This document shows positions 37,520 to 47,774 of a stretch of 64,000 bases of DNA, in pieces. The stretch's first letter is position 1. Every line of letters starts with the position of its first letter. Both the position numbers and the translations under genes were made by a program. The notes under the pieces were generated by a model. That model was not told the DNA's origin and did no database searches. It worked only from the letters and a program-made list of their open reading frames with translations. The stretch comes from Nocardioides sp. Its GTDB lineage: Bacteria > Actinomycetota > Actinomycetes > Propionibacteriales > Nocardioidaceae. Where the stretch lies: positions 6,290 to 70,289 of the forward strand of contig NZ_DASUFR010000076.1 in assembly GCF_036274455.1 (NCBI RefSeq). The letters are read 5' to 3'.

Positions 37520-38815
37520 ATGCTCGGACCCAAGCAGCAGCTCCTGGCGTCCTACATCGCCAGCGCGGACGACACCTCCCTCGACGGTGCCAGCACCCAG
37601 TGGAAGACCGGTGAGGGGCTGCTGCGCCGGCTGGCCACCGAGCTCGACACCAAGGCCCAGAACATCGGCAAGGACGAGCGGTTCAGCGGCGAGTCCGCCC
37701 AGGCCGCCAGCCAGGCGTTCACCAAGTCAGCGAAGAAGATGAACGACCGCGCCGACGAGATGCGCGACGGTGCTGGCGCCTTCACCGCGGCGGCGCACGC
37801 CGTACGCCAGGCCAAGAAGGCGAGCGGCGGCTTCTCGAAGCACTCCGGGGAGCAGCCACCCCAGCAGCCGCCGGACCTCAACGACGTCAAGGCCCAGAAG
37901 GACTGGAAGACGCAGAACAACACCTTCTGGCACAATTACAACAGCCGCGAGGGCGACGCCGCGGACGCGATCACGGCGCTGCAGGACAACCACCGGACGC
38001 AGGCCGCGGTGTTCGCGAAGATCCACGGCGAGACGCCGCCCCCGCCGCCCGGCGGTGGCGGCGGCACCAACAACCCGATCCGGCCGGGCACCCCCTACAC
38101 CCCCACCCACGTGCCGGACCACCCCGTCGGGACCGGACACGTCACCGACCCGTCCAGCCACGGCAACCACGACACTCCCGCCGGCGGCATCGACCACCCG
38201 CCGGTGGTCGATCCGCCGCCGTGGGACCCGCCGACGCACACCCAGCTGCCCCCGGGCACGCCGGGCGTTCCGCAGGGCCCCCACCCGACCACGCCGCTGC
38301 CCGGCGGGACCTTCCCCGGCGGGACGCTGCCCGGCGCCGGCCCCGGCGGCATCGGTGGTGGACCTTCGGCGATAGGTGGGATCGGCGCGGTGGCCGGAGG
38401 CGCGCTCGGTGGGGCGGCGGCAGCCGGACTGGCCGGCGGCCTCGGCGGCGGGATCAACGGCCTGGTGCCCATGGGCGGTGCCAGCGGCATCCGGGGTGGC
38501 CTCTCCGCCAGTGGTGTCCGTGGCATCGGTGCCACCTCACGCGTCGGTGCCGGCTCGGTCCTCGGCCGGGGTGGCACTGCCAGCGGCCGTGCAGGCGCCG
38601 GCGGCATGTCCACCCGCAGCGGCGGTCGTAGCGGGAGCCGGTCGGCCGGCACCCGCGGTTCCCGTGGCCGCTCCGGCGGACGTGGCGCAGGCGCCGGAGC
38701 CGGCTCGGGCCGCGGCGGCAAGGACAAGAAGCGCCACGGCGAGGAGCGCGACCTCTTCGACGACGGCAGCGACTGGATCGACGACGAGGACGCCGCCCCG
38801 GGCGTGCTGGATTAG
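37520..38815 (+). CDS. PPE/EspB-like type VII secretion substrate candidate
   Basis: Helical N-terminal domain with QWKTG, Pro-rich then Gly-rich low-complexity regions, acidic tail DWIDDEDAAPGVLD. Confidence 0.65.
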   Translation: MLGPKQQLLASYIASADDTSLDGASTQWKTGEGLLRRLATELDTKAQNIGKDERFSGESAQAASQAFTKSAKKMNDRADEMRDGAGAFTAAAHAVRQAKKASGGFSKHSGEQPPQQPPDLNDVKAQKDWKTQNNTFWHNYNSREGDAADAITALQDNHRTQAAVFAKIHGETPPPPPGGGGGTNNPIRPGTPYTPTHVPDHPVGTGHVTDPSSHGNHDTPAGGIDHPPVVDPPPWDPPTHTQLPPGTPGVPQGPHPTTPLPGGTFPGGTLPGAGPGGIGGGPSAIGGIGAVAGGALGGAAAAGLAGGLGGGINGLVPMGGASGIRGGLSASGVRGIGATSRVGAGSVLGRGGTASGRAGAGGMSTRSGGRSGSRSAGTRGSRGRSGGRGAGAGAGSGRGGKDKKRHGEERDLFDDGSDWIDDEDAAPGVLD

Positions 38816-38817
38816 CT

Positions 38818-38933
38818 GGGGTCCGGGTCGTCGTTCGTGGCACCGGGTCGGGCCGGGTCCGGGGGCTGTCCCCCGGAGCCTCCCCGTCCCCGTCCCGCTG
38901 ACGATGCCGGAACGAAGACCCAGACCCAACCCC
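38818..38933. repeat. REP-like hairpin element, copy 1
   Basis: Imperfect IR GGGTCCGGGTCGTCGTTC..GAACGAAGACCCAGACCC. Right arm is shared with 53845-53936. Confidence 0.65.
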
Positions 38934-38939
38934 ACAACC

Positions 38940-40982
38940 TCAGGCTGGTGGCGGCCACTCCTTGGCGACGAGGGTGAGGACGTCGTAGGTGGCGACCGGG
39001 TCGCCGGCCTCGTTGGTGACGACGGCGTCCCAGCGGACCTCGCCGTAGTCGGCACTGGTGCGCGGGGTGATCTGCTTGACGGTCAGTGTCACCGCGATGG
39101 CGTCGTCGGCCTTGACCGGGGTCAGGAAGCGCAGGTTGTCGACGCCGAAGTTGGCGAGCACCGGACCCGGGTCGGGGTCGACGAACAGCCCGGCCGCCAG
39201 GGAGACGACCAGGTAGCCGTGGGCCACGATGCCGCCGAAGAGCGGGTTCTTGGCGGCCGCCTCGGGGTCGGTGTGGGCGTAGAACGTGTCGCCGGTGAAC
39301 TCCGCGAAGTGGTCGATGTCGGCGAGCGAGACCCGACGCGGCGCGGAGGCGATGGTGTCGCCGACGCGCAGCTCGGCCAGGCTCTTGCGGAACGGGTGCA
39401 CACCGTCGTCACGACGCTCGGAGCCGGTGGTCCACCGGCCGGTGATCGCGGTGAGCATGTCGGGTGAGCCCTGGATCGCGGTTCGCTGCATGTGGTGCAG
39501 CACGCCCCGCACCCCGCCGAGCTCCTCGCCACCGCCGGCCCGGCCGGGGCCGCCGTGGACGAGCACTGGGAGCGGCGAGCCGTGGCCGGTGTTCTCGGCC
39601 GCGTCGTCGCGGTCGAGGACGAGGATCCGGCCGTGGTACGGCGCCAGCCCGAGCACCAGCCGCCGGGCCACGTCACGGTCGTGGGTGACCACCGAGCCGG
39701 CCAGGCTGCCCTTGCCCTGCGCGGCCAGCGCGACCGCGTCCTCGACATCGTCGTAGGCGATGAGGGTGCTGACCGGGCCGAACGCCTCCACGTCGTGCGG
39801 CTCGACCGCGCCGTCGGCCGCCTGGAGCAGGACCGGCGAGATGAAGGCACCGCGCTCGCCGTCGGCGTCGACCACGTCGACGTGGTCCGGGTCGCCGTAC
39901 ACGACCTCGGCCGAGGCGCGCAGGGACTGGATCGCCTTCCGCACCTCCTCGCGCTGGTCGAGGCTCACCAGCGCACCCATCCGCACCTCGTCGGAGCGTG
40001 GGTTGCCCACGGTGGTCCTCTCGAGCCGGGCCACGATGGCGTCGGCAACCGCGTCGAGCCGGTCGCGAGGCACGATGACGCGCCGGATCGCGGTGCACTT
40101 CTGGCCCGCCTTGACCGTCATCTCGGTGACCACGCCCTTGACGAACAGGTCGAGCTCCGGGTCGTCGGCGGTGACGTCCGGGCCGAGGATCGAGCAGTTG
40201 AGCGAGTCGGCCTCGACGTTGAGCTCGACGCCGCCGTGCAGCACGTTGGTGTGGTTGCGCAGCAGCCCGGCGGTGTGCGCGGAACCGGTGAACGCGACCT
40301 GGTCCTGGACGGTCAGCTCGTCGAGCAGCCCCTGCGGGCTGCCACAGAGCAGCTGCAGCGTCCCCTCGGGGAGGAGCCCGGACTCGATGATCCGGCGTAC
40401 GACGGCCTGGGTGAGGTAGGCCGTCTGGGCCGCCGGCTTCACGATCGACGGCACGCCGGCCAGGAACGCCGGGGCGAGCTTCTCCAGCATCCCCCAGACC
40501 GGGAAGTTGAAGGCGTTGATCTGCACCGCGACACCGGGTCGCGAGGTGTAGACGTGCTGGCCCAGGAACGTGCCGCCCCGGCCGAGCCGCTCGGGGCCGC
40601 CGTCGAGGTAGACGGTGTCGTTGGGCATCTCGCGGGTGCCCTTGCTGGCGATGGAGAAGACGGTCCCGATGCCGCCGTCGATGTCCACCGCAGAGTCGCG
40701 CGTGGTCGCCCCGGTCGCGTAGGAGAGGTCGTAGAAGACGTCCTTGTGCTCGGTCAGGTCCTTCGCCATCGCCTTGAGCAGCCCCGCCCGCTCGTGGAAG
40801 GTGAGCTCGCGCAACGCCGGGCCGCCGACCGTGCGGGCGTGGTGGACCATCGCGCCGAGGTCGAGGCCAGTGGAGCTGATCCGCGCGACCTCCTCGCCGG
40901 TGCTCGCGTCGAGCAGCGGGCGACCCTCGTCGGTAGCGGTGAACCAACGTCCGGCGGCATAGCTCTCGAGCTGTCGAGTCAT
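38940..40982 (-). CDS. paaZ: Phenylacetate degradation bifunctional protein (ALDH + MaoC)
   Basis: QINAFNFPVWGMLEK, EADSLN, KAGQKCTAIRR, EAFGPVST, C-terminal MaoC FAEFTGDTFYAH. Confidence 0.95.
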   Translation of the reverse strand: MTRQLESYAAGRWFTATDEGRPLLDASTGEEVARISSTGLDLGAMVHHARTVGGPALRELTFHERAGLLKAMAKDLTEHKDVFYDLSYATGATTRDSAVDIDGGIGTVFSIASKGTREMPNDTVYLDGGPERLGRGGTFLGQHVYTSRPGVAVQINAFNFPVWGMLEKLAPAFLAGVPSIVKPAAQTAYLTQAVVRRIIESGLLPEGTLQLLCGSPQGLLDELTVQDQVAFTGSAHTAGLLRNHTNVLHGGVELNVEADSLNCSILGPDVTADDPELDLFVKGVVTEMTVKAGQKCTAIRRVIVPRDRLDAVADAIVARLERTTVGNPRSDEVRMGALVSLDQREEVRKAIQSLRASAEVVYGDPDHVDVVDADGERGAFISPVLLQAADGAVEPHDVEAFGPVSTLIAYDDVEDAVALAAQGKGSLAGSVVTHDRDVARRLVLGLAPYHGRILVLDRDDAAENTGHGSPLPVLVHGGPGRAGGGEELGGVRGVLHHMQRTAIQGSPDMLTAITGRWTTGSERRDDGVHPFRKSLAELRVGDTIASAPRRVSLADIDHFAEFTGDTFYAHTDPEAAAKNPLFGGIVAHGYLVVSLAAGLFVDPDPGPVLANFGVDNLRFLTPVKADDAIAVTLTVKQITPRTSADYGEVRWDAVVTNEAGDPVATYDVLTLVAKEWPPPA

Positions 40983-40996
40983 GCCTCCACGCTAGA

Positions 40997-41010
40997 GCCG
41001 ACCGATCGGT
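40997..41010. promoter_or_regulatory. Candidate PaaR (TetR)-type operator upstream of paaZ
   Basis: GCCGA-CCGA-TCGGT, resembling ACCGA-N4-TCGGT, lying just upstream of a TAGCGT -10 (minus strand). Confidence 0.55.
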
Positions 41011-41029
41011 CAGTAAATCCGGCCTGGCG

Positions 41030-41515
41030 CCGGTGGCTGAGGTATGAGGCCGTTCACGGTCGAGCCTCGAAGCCTCCGCAGGGTGGGCGCCCGGGCAAGT
41101 CCCAGCGCCGGGTCGCCGGGCTTCGAGGCTCGGCGCTGGGGCGCCTCGCACCTCAGCCACCGTGGTGGGCCGTCGCTGGTCGAGCCTGTCGAGACCTCCG
41201 CAGGGTAGGCACCCGCGTAGGTCCCGGCCCCGGGTCACCGGGCTTCGAGGCTCGGCGCTGGGGCGCCTCGCACCTCAGCCACCGTGCTGGTCGAGCTTGT
41301 CGAGACCTCCGCAGGGCAGCACCCGCGTAGGTCCCGGCCCCGGGTCACCGGGCTTCGAGGCTCGGCGCTGGGGCGCCTCGCACCTCAGCCACCGTGGTGG
41401 GCCGCCGCTGGTCGAGCCTGTCGAGACCTCCGCAGGGTAGGCACCCGCTCGACCTCCGCTGGTCGAGCCTGTCGAGACCTCCGCAGCGATGGCACCCGCG
41501 CAAACCTCAGCCATC
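41030..41515. repeat. Mosaic REP/BIME-like repeat cluster
   Basis: GGGCTTCGAGGCTCGGCGCTGGGGCGCCTCGCACCTCAGCCACCG at 41118, 41240 and 41350, plus an inverted copy near 41030-41075. CTGGTCGAGC(C/T)TGTCGAGACCTCCGCAG occurs four times. Confidence 0.9.
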
Positions 41516-41587
41516 GTGGCAGGTTCGGTGCAGCAAGTCGCGCCGGAGCAGCCGTTTTGTCTTCCATGGCGTGGATACCGACGGCCC

Positions 41588-44500
41588 GTGGTGGAGTTCC
41601 TGGGGTGGCCGCTGGTGCGGCAGGTCACCGGGCGGGACCGCCTTGGCCGCGGCAGTGCGGTGCAGTCGCAGCGCAGCAGGACCCTCGAGCCGCGCACCGT
41701 CACCGCCGACCGGGTCGTCGACTCGGTCTGCCCCTTCTGCGCGGTCGGGTGCGCGCAGAAGGTCTTCGTCAAGGACGAGAAGGTCATCCAGATCGAGGGC
41801 AATCCGGCCAGCCCGATCTCGCGCGGGCGGCTGTGTCCGAAGGGAAGCGCCAGCAAGCAGCTGGTCACCTCGCAGACCCGCGTGACCAAGGTCCGCTACC
41901 GGCGGCCATACGGCACCGACTGGGAGGACCTCGACCTCGACACCGCGATGGACATGATCGCGGACCGGGTCATCAAGACCCGCAGGGACTACTGGCAGTG
42001 GGAGTCCGAGGGGCACCGCACCCGCCGGACCATGGGCATCGCCAGCCTCGGAGGAGCGACCCTCGACAACGAGGAGAACTACCTCATGAAGAAGCTCTAC
42101 ACGGCGATGGGTGCGATCCAGATCGAGAACCAGGCGCGGATATGACACTCCTCCACGGTCCCCGGTCTGGGGACCTCGTTCGGCCGTGGTGGCGCAACGA
42201 CCAACCTGATGGACCTGCAGAACGCTGACTGCATCCTGATCGAGGGCTCCAACATGGCCGAGGCCCACCCGGTGGGTTTCCAGTGGGTGGTGGAGGCCAA
42301 GCGACGCGGTGCCACGGTGATCCACGTCGACCCGCGCTTCACCCGGACCTCCGCGCTGGCCGACGTGCATGTCCCGATCCGGGCCGGGTCCGACATCGCC
42401 TGGCTCGGCGGGCTGGTCAACCACGTGCTCCAGCACGACCTCGACTTCCGCGAGTACGTCGTCGCCTACACCAATGCTGCCAACATCATCGACGGCGAGT
42501 TCAAGGACACCGAGGACCTCGACGGACTCTTCTCCGGCTTCGACCCCGAGACCGGCCACTACGACCCGCTCAGCTGGCACTACGAGCCTCCCGAGGAGCT
42601 GTCCGAGGACGACCGCCGGCACCTGCGCGAGGTCGAGGAGGACCGGGCCTCCGAGTCGTCGGGTGAGGGCCACAAGAAGTCGCACCAGGCGGCCCGGTCG
42701 GAGAGCCACGGCTCCGGAGGCGCCCCGGTGCTCTGGAAGGGGCGCCGCGACGAGACCCTCCAGCACCCGCGCTGCGTCTTCCAGCTCCTCAAGCGGCACT
42801 TCGCCCGCTACACCCCGGAGCTCGTGCAGGAGGTCTGCGGCATCGAGCCGGAACAGCTCCGCCGGGTGGCCGACGCGCTCACCGGCAACAGCGGCCGCGA
42901 GCGGACCACGGCCTTCTGCTACGCCGTCGGCTGGACCCACCACACCACCGGGGCACAGATGATCCGCGCTGCCGCGATCCTGCAGACACTGCTCGGCAAC
43001 ATCGGCCGGCCCGGTGGCGGCATCCTCGCCCTGCGCGGCCACGCCAGCATCCAGGGGTCGACCGACATCCCGACCCTGTTCAACATCCTCCCCGGCTACC
43101 TGCCGATGCCCCAGACGTCGCACCAGAGCCTCGACGAGTGGGTCGAGGCCGACGAGGGCGCGGCCGGCTTCTGGGGCAACGTGCGCCCCTACGCCGTGAG
43201 CCTGCTGAAGTCCTACTGGGGCGACGCGGCCACCGCCGGCAACGACTTCTGCTTCGACTACCTGCCCCGCGTCACCGGCGACCACTCGACCTACAGCACC
43301 GTGAAGTCCCAGATCGAGGGTGGCTGCAAGGGCTACTTCCTGGTCGGCGAGAACCCCGCCGTCGGGTCCGCCAACGGCAAGATGCAGCGGCTGGGGCTCG
43401 CCAACCTCGACTGGCTGGTCGTCCGCGACCTGCAGATGATCGAGTCCGCGACGTTCTGGCAGGACGGGCCCGAGATCGAGACTGGCGAGCTGGTCACGGA
43501 GGAGATCGGCACCGAGGTCTTCTTCCTGCCCGCCGCCTCGCACGTCGAGAAGGCCGGCTCCTTCACCCAGACCCAGCGGATGCTGCAGTGGCGCGACAAG
43601 GCGGTCGAGCCACCGGGCGACGCGCGCAGCGAGCTGTGGTTCTACGTCGAGCTGGGCAACCGGATCCGGGCCAGGCTGGCCGGATCGAGCGACGAGATGG
43701 ACCGCCCGCTGCTCGACCTCGCCTGGGACTACCCCTACGACGAGCAGGGCGAGCCGAGCGGTGAGCAGGTGCTCCGCGAGATCAACGGGACCGGGCCGGA
43801 CGGCGCGGCGTTGTCGGCGTACACCGATCTGAAGGCCGACGGTACGACGGCCTGCGGGTGCTGGATCTACTGCGGCGTCTACGCCGGCGAGCACAACCAC
43901 GCCCGGGACCGGACGCCGCACTGGGAGCAGGACGTGGTCGCCTCGGAATGGGGCTGGGTGTGGCCGGCGAACCGGCGGATCCTCTACAACCGCGCCTCGG
44001 CGGCGCCCGACGGGACGCCGTGGAGCGAGCGGAAGAAGTACGTGTGGTGGGACGCCGACGCCGACGACGGCAAGGGCCGCTGGGTCGGCCGCGACGTCCC
44101 GGACTTCATCCCCGACCGCGCGCCGGACTTCGTCCCCGAGCCCGGCGCCAACGGACCCGACGCGATCGGTGGCCAGGACCCGTTCATCATGCAGACCGAC
44201 GGCAAGGCGTGGCTCTTCGCGCCGGTGGGGTTGGCCGACGGGCCGATGCCGACGCACTACGAGCCGCCCGAGTCGCCGGTGCGCAACCCGCTCTACGGGC
44301 AGCAGAACAACCCGAGTCGGCGCAAGCTCGACCATCCCGTGAACGCGATCAACCCGAGCTGGAGCGAGGTCTTCCCCTATGTGTTCACCAGCTACCGGCT
44401 CACCGAGCACCACACCGCCGGCGCGATGAGCCGGACCCTGCCCTACCTCACCGAGCTGCAGCCGGAGCCGTTCTGCGAGGTGTCGCCCCGGCTGGCAGCG

Positions 44501-44857
44501 GAGAGAGGCCTCGAGCACCTCGGCTGGGCCACCATCGTCACCAACCGGACCGCGATCGAGGCCCGGGTGCTCGTCACCGACCGGCTCCGCTCGTTGCGGC
44601 TCGGGGACCGCTGGGTGGAGCAGGTGGGACTGCCCTACCACTGGGGCCGCAACGGCATCACCCAGGGCGACTCGCCCAACGACCTGGTCAACATCACCAT
44701 GGACCCCAACGTCTACATCCAGGACAAGGTCGGCACCTGCGACATCCGGCCCGGGCGCCGGCCGCGCGGCGCCGCGCTGATGGCGTACGTCGAGGGCTAC
44801 CGCCGCCGCTCGGGCATCGACCTCGCGCACCCCGAGGACGGAGGCGCGGACCGATGA
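41588..44857 (+). CDS. fdnG: Formate dehydrogenase alpha subunit, selenocysteine-containing (in-frame UGA at 42143-42145)
   Basis: CPFCAVGC..CPKG Fe-S motif. ENQARI-TGA-HSSTVPGLGTSFGRGG continues in frame into the 42209 ORF. TSYRLTEHH C-terminal motif. Start approximate. Confidence 0.88.
42157..42175 (+). promoter_or_regulatory. Bacterial SECIS hairpin
   Basis: GGTCCCC-GGTCT-GGGGACC starting 11 nt after the UGA. Loop resembles the E. coli fdhF/fdnG SECIS GGUC(U). Confidence 0.75.
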
Positions 44858-45804
44858 GCCTCTTCTCCGACATCTTCTCCGAGGGCCGGCTGTGGGGTCG
44901 GCTCGACGACGTGACCGGCGACGCCGGCTACGACGAGCACCCGCCGCGGATGGGCTTCTTCACCGACACCTCGGTCTGCATCGGCTGCAAGGCCTGCGAG
45001 GTCGCGTGCAAGGAGTGGAACGAGGTCCCGGACGACGGCTACCTGTTGACCGGGATGTCCTACGACAACACCGGTGCGCTCGGGGCCAGCACCTGGCGGC
45101 ACGTCGCGTTCGTCGAGAAACCCTTCGAGACGGTCGCAGACCGACCTCCTCAGGGACCACCGGTCACGGACCTGGGGATGCCCGGGGTCGGTCCGCCCGC
45201 CCGCGAGGACACCGCGGCCGAGTCCGGGGACGGCGCGATGCGCTGGCTGATGTCGTCCGACGTGTGCAAGCACTGCACCCACGCCGGCTGCCTCGACGTC
45301 TGCCCGACCGGTGCACTGTTCCGCACCGAGTTCGGCACCGTCGTGGTCCAGCCCGACGTCTGCAACGGCTGCGGCTACTGCGTCGCGGCGTGCCCCTACG
45401 GCGTGATCGACCTGCGCGAGGGCGACGGCCGCGCGTTCAAGTGCACGCTCTGCTACGACCGGCTCAAGGAGGGGCAGACCCCTGCGTGCGCGCAGGCGTG
45501 CCCGACCGAGTCGATCCAGTTCGGCGAGGTCAGCGAGCTGCGCCTGCGCGCCGCGAACCGGCTGCAGGAGCTCGAGGACCAGGGCGTCGACGTGGCCCGG
45601 CTCTACGGCGCGGACCCCGACGACGGCGTCGGCGGCGACGGCGCCTTCTTCCTGCTCCTCGACGAACCCGAGGTCTACGGCCTGCCGCCCGACCCCGTCG
45701 TCCCGACCCGGTCGCTCGCCTCGGTCTGGAAGCACGTCGGGTACGCCGCGGCGACGGTGGCCGGGATCGGTGTCGCGTCGTTCCTCGGGAGGCGGCGTCC
45801 GTGA
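44854..45804 (+). CDS. Formate dehydrogenase beta (4x[4Fe-4S]) subunit
   Basis: CIGCKACEVACKEWN, CKHCTHAGCLDVCP, CNGCGYCVAACP, KCTLCYDR..CAQACP. Confidence 0.92.
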   Translation: MSLFSDIFSEGRLWGRLDDVTGDAGYDEHPPRMGFFTDTSVCIGCKACEVACKEWNEVPDDGYLLTGMSYDNTGALGASTWRHVAFVEKPFETVADRPPQGPPVTDLGMPGVGPPAREDTAAESGDGAMRWLMSSDVCKHCTHAGCLDVCPTGALFRTEFGTVVVQPDVCNGCGYCVAACPYGVIDLREGDGRAFKCTLCYDRLKEGQTPACAQACPTESIQFGEVSELRLRAANRLQELEDQGVDVARLYGADPDDGVGGDGAFFLLLDEPEVYGLPPDPVVPTRSLASVWKHVGYAAATVAGIGVASFLGRRRP

Positions 45805-46757
45805 GCGGGGCAGCGAGCGGGCGCGGCGAGGCCGCGATGGTCCCCCAGGTGGATTTCGAGTCCTACTACGGGCGCCAGATCATCAAGACCCCGACGTGGA
45901 AGACCCCGGACGTCCCGCTCTACCTGTTCCTCGGCGGTCTGGCCGGTGCCTCTGCGGTGCTGGCCGAAGGGGCGTCCCTGCGCGACCTGCCGAGGCTGGA
46001 GACGGTGGCGCGGGGCGCCGCCGCGAGCGGCGCCGGGCTCGGCACCGTCTTCCTCGTCCACGACCTGGGCCGGCCCGAGAGGTTCCTCAACATGCTGCGC
46101 GTGTTCAAGCCGACCTCGCCGCTCTCGGTCGGGTCGTTCATCCTGGCGCCGTTCTCGCCGCTCGCGATCATCGCCTTCGGCTCGAAGCTCACCGGATGGT
46201 TCCCGCGGCTGGGCCGGCTGGCCGGCGTCGGCGCCGCCGCGTTCGGGCCGGCGCTCGCGACGTACACAGCGGCCCTGCTCGGCAACACGGTGGTGCCGGC
46301 CTGGCACGAGGCGCACCGCGAGCTGCCGTTCGTCTTCGGCGGGTCCGGCGCGCAGGCGGCCGGTGGCGTGGCGATGCTGCTGGTGCCGATCGACCAGGCC
46401 GGGCCGGCGCGCCGGCTGGCCCTGATGGGGGCCGCGGTCGAGATCGTCGCCGCGGAGTCGATCCTGCGGCAGCGCGGCCTCGCGGCCGAGCCGTATGAGA
46501 CCGGCCGACCCGGCCGGCTGATGCGGGTCGCCAGGTCTGCCACCACCCTGGCCAGCGTCGCGACCGTCCTGGGCGGCCGCCGTTCGCGCGTGCTGTCCGC
46601 GCTGGCCGGGGCGACCTACGTCGCCGCGTCGGTCACGACCCGGTTCGGGATCTTCGAGGCGGGGCTCGCCTCCGCGCGCGACCCGAAGTACACCGTCGTG
46701 CCGCAGCGTGAACGGCTCAGGCAGCGTCAGGATGCGTCGGCCAAGATGACCACGTGA
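45801..46757 (+). CDS. NrfD/PsrC family membrane anchor
   Basis: YLFLGGLAGAS, DLGRPERFLNMLRVFKPTSPLSVGS. Confidence 0.9.
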   Translation: MSGAASGRGEAAMVPQVDFESYYGRQIIKTPTWKTPDVPLYLFLGGLAGASAVLAEGASLRDLPRLETVARGAAASGAGLGTVFLVHDLGRPERFLNMLRVFKPTSPLSVGSFILAPFSPLAIIAFGSKLTGWFPRLGRLAGVGAAAFGPALATYTAALLGNTVVPAWHEAHRELPFVFGGSGAQAAGGVAMLLVPIDQAGPARRLALMGAAVEIVAAESILRQRGLAAEPYETGRPGRLMRVARSATTLASVATVLGGRRSRVLSALAGATYVAASVTTRFGIFEAGLASARDPKYTVVPQRERLRQRQDASAKMTT

Positions 46758-47755
46758 CCTCCTCGCCCGACGTCGCGCAGCTTCGCCTCACCCAGTACGC
46801 CGCGGGAGGTGGTTGTGCCTGCAAGGTCCCTCCCGGAGAGCTGGAGCGGGTGCTCGGCGACCTCTTGCCGGCCTCCGGGCCGGACCTGCTGGTCGGCGTC
46901 GAGACCGGCGACGACGCCGCCGTGGTGCGCGTCGACGGTGACCGCGCCGTCGTGCTGACGACCGACTTCTTCACGCCGGTGGTGGACGACCCCTTCGACT
47001 GGGGCCGGATCGCGGCGGCCAACGCGCTCAGCGACGTCTACGCGATGGGCGGCGAGCCACTCGTCGCCGTCAACCTGCTGGGGTGGCCGCGCGACCGGAT
47101 CCCCTTCGACGTGGCGGCCGAGGTGCTCCGGGGCGGAGCCACGGTGGCCGCGGCGGCAGGCTGCCACCTGGCCGGAGGGCACAGCATCGACGACCCCGAG
47201 CCGAAGTACGGCCTGGCGGTCACCGGGGTGGCTGACCCCGGCCGCCTGCTGCGCAACGACACTGGCCGGCCGGGCGTGCCGCTCACGCTCACCAAGCCGC
47301 TCGGCGTGGGCGTGCTCAACAACCGGCACAAGGCCACCGGCGAGGTGTTCCCCGAGGCGATCGAGTCGATGACCGCGCTGAACCGCGACGCCTCGCGGGC
47401 CGCGCTGGCCGCCGGCGTCACCTGCGCGACCGACGTGACCGGCTTCGGCCTCCTCGGTCACCTGCACAAGCTGTGCCGGGCCAGCGGCGTGACCGCCGTG
47501 GTCGACTCCTCGGCGGTGCCCTACCTGCCCGCCGCCAGGGAGTCGTACGCCGAGGGGTACGTGCCCGGCGGCAGCCGCCGCAACCTCGACTGGGTGCGCC
47601 CGCACGTCGACTCCGGGGTCGACGAGGACGAGCTGGTGCTGCTGGCCGATGCGCAGACCTCCGGTGGCCTGCTGGTCGCCGGCGAGCTGCCCGGCCACCC
47701 CGTGATCGGCGAGCTCGTCCCCGCGGAGGCCGGCGTCACGATCCGAGTGCGGTGA
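46754..47755 (+). CDS. selD: Selenide, water dikinase (Cys form)
   Basis: LTQYAAGGGCACKV, TTDFFTPVVDDP, NALSDVYAMGG, TDVTGFGLLGH, DAQTSGGLL. Confidence 0.95.
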   Translation: MTSSPDVAQLRLTQYAAGGGCACKVPPGELERVLGDLLPASGPDLLVGVETGDDAAVVRVDGDRAVVLTTDFFTPVVDDPFDWGRIAAANALSDVYAMGGEPLVAVNLLGWPRDRIPFDVAAEVLRGGATVAAAAGCHLAGGHSIDDPEPKYGLAVTGVADPGRLLRNDTGRPGVPLTLTKPLGVGVLNNRHKATGEVFPEAIESMTALNRDASRAALAAGVTCATDVTGFGLLGHLHKLCRASGVTAVVDSSAVPYLPAARESYAEGYVPGGSRRNLDWVRPHVDSGVDEDELVLLADAQTSGGLLVAGELPGHPVIGELVPAEAGVTIRVR

Positions 47756-47774
47756 AGGCGGGTACAGGCTCGAC

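Noticed and set aside
41030-41515. CRISPR array
   Set aside because: The intervening sequences are repeated rather than unique, units are 110-122 bp and palindromic, and there are no cas genes
42143-42145. fdh pseudogene (premature stop)
   Set aside because: The UGA is at the conserved Sec/Cys ligand, the frame continues, a SECIS-like hairpin follows and selD is in the operon
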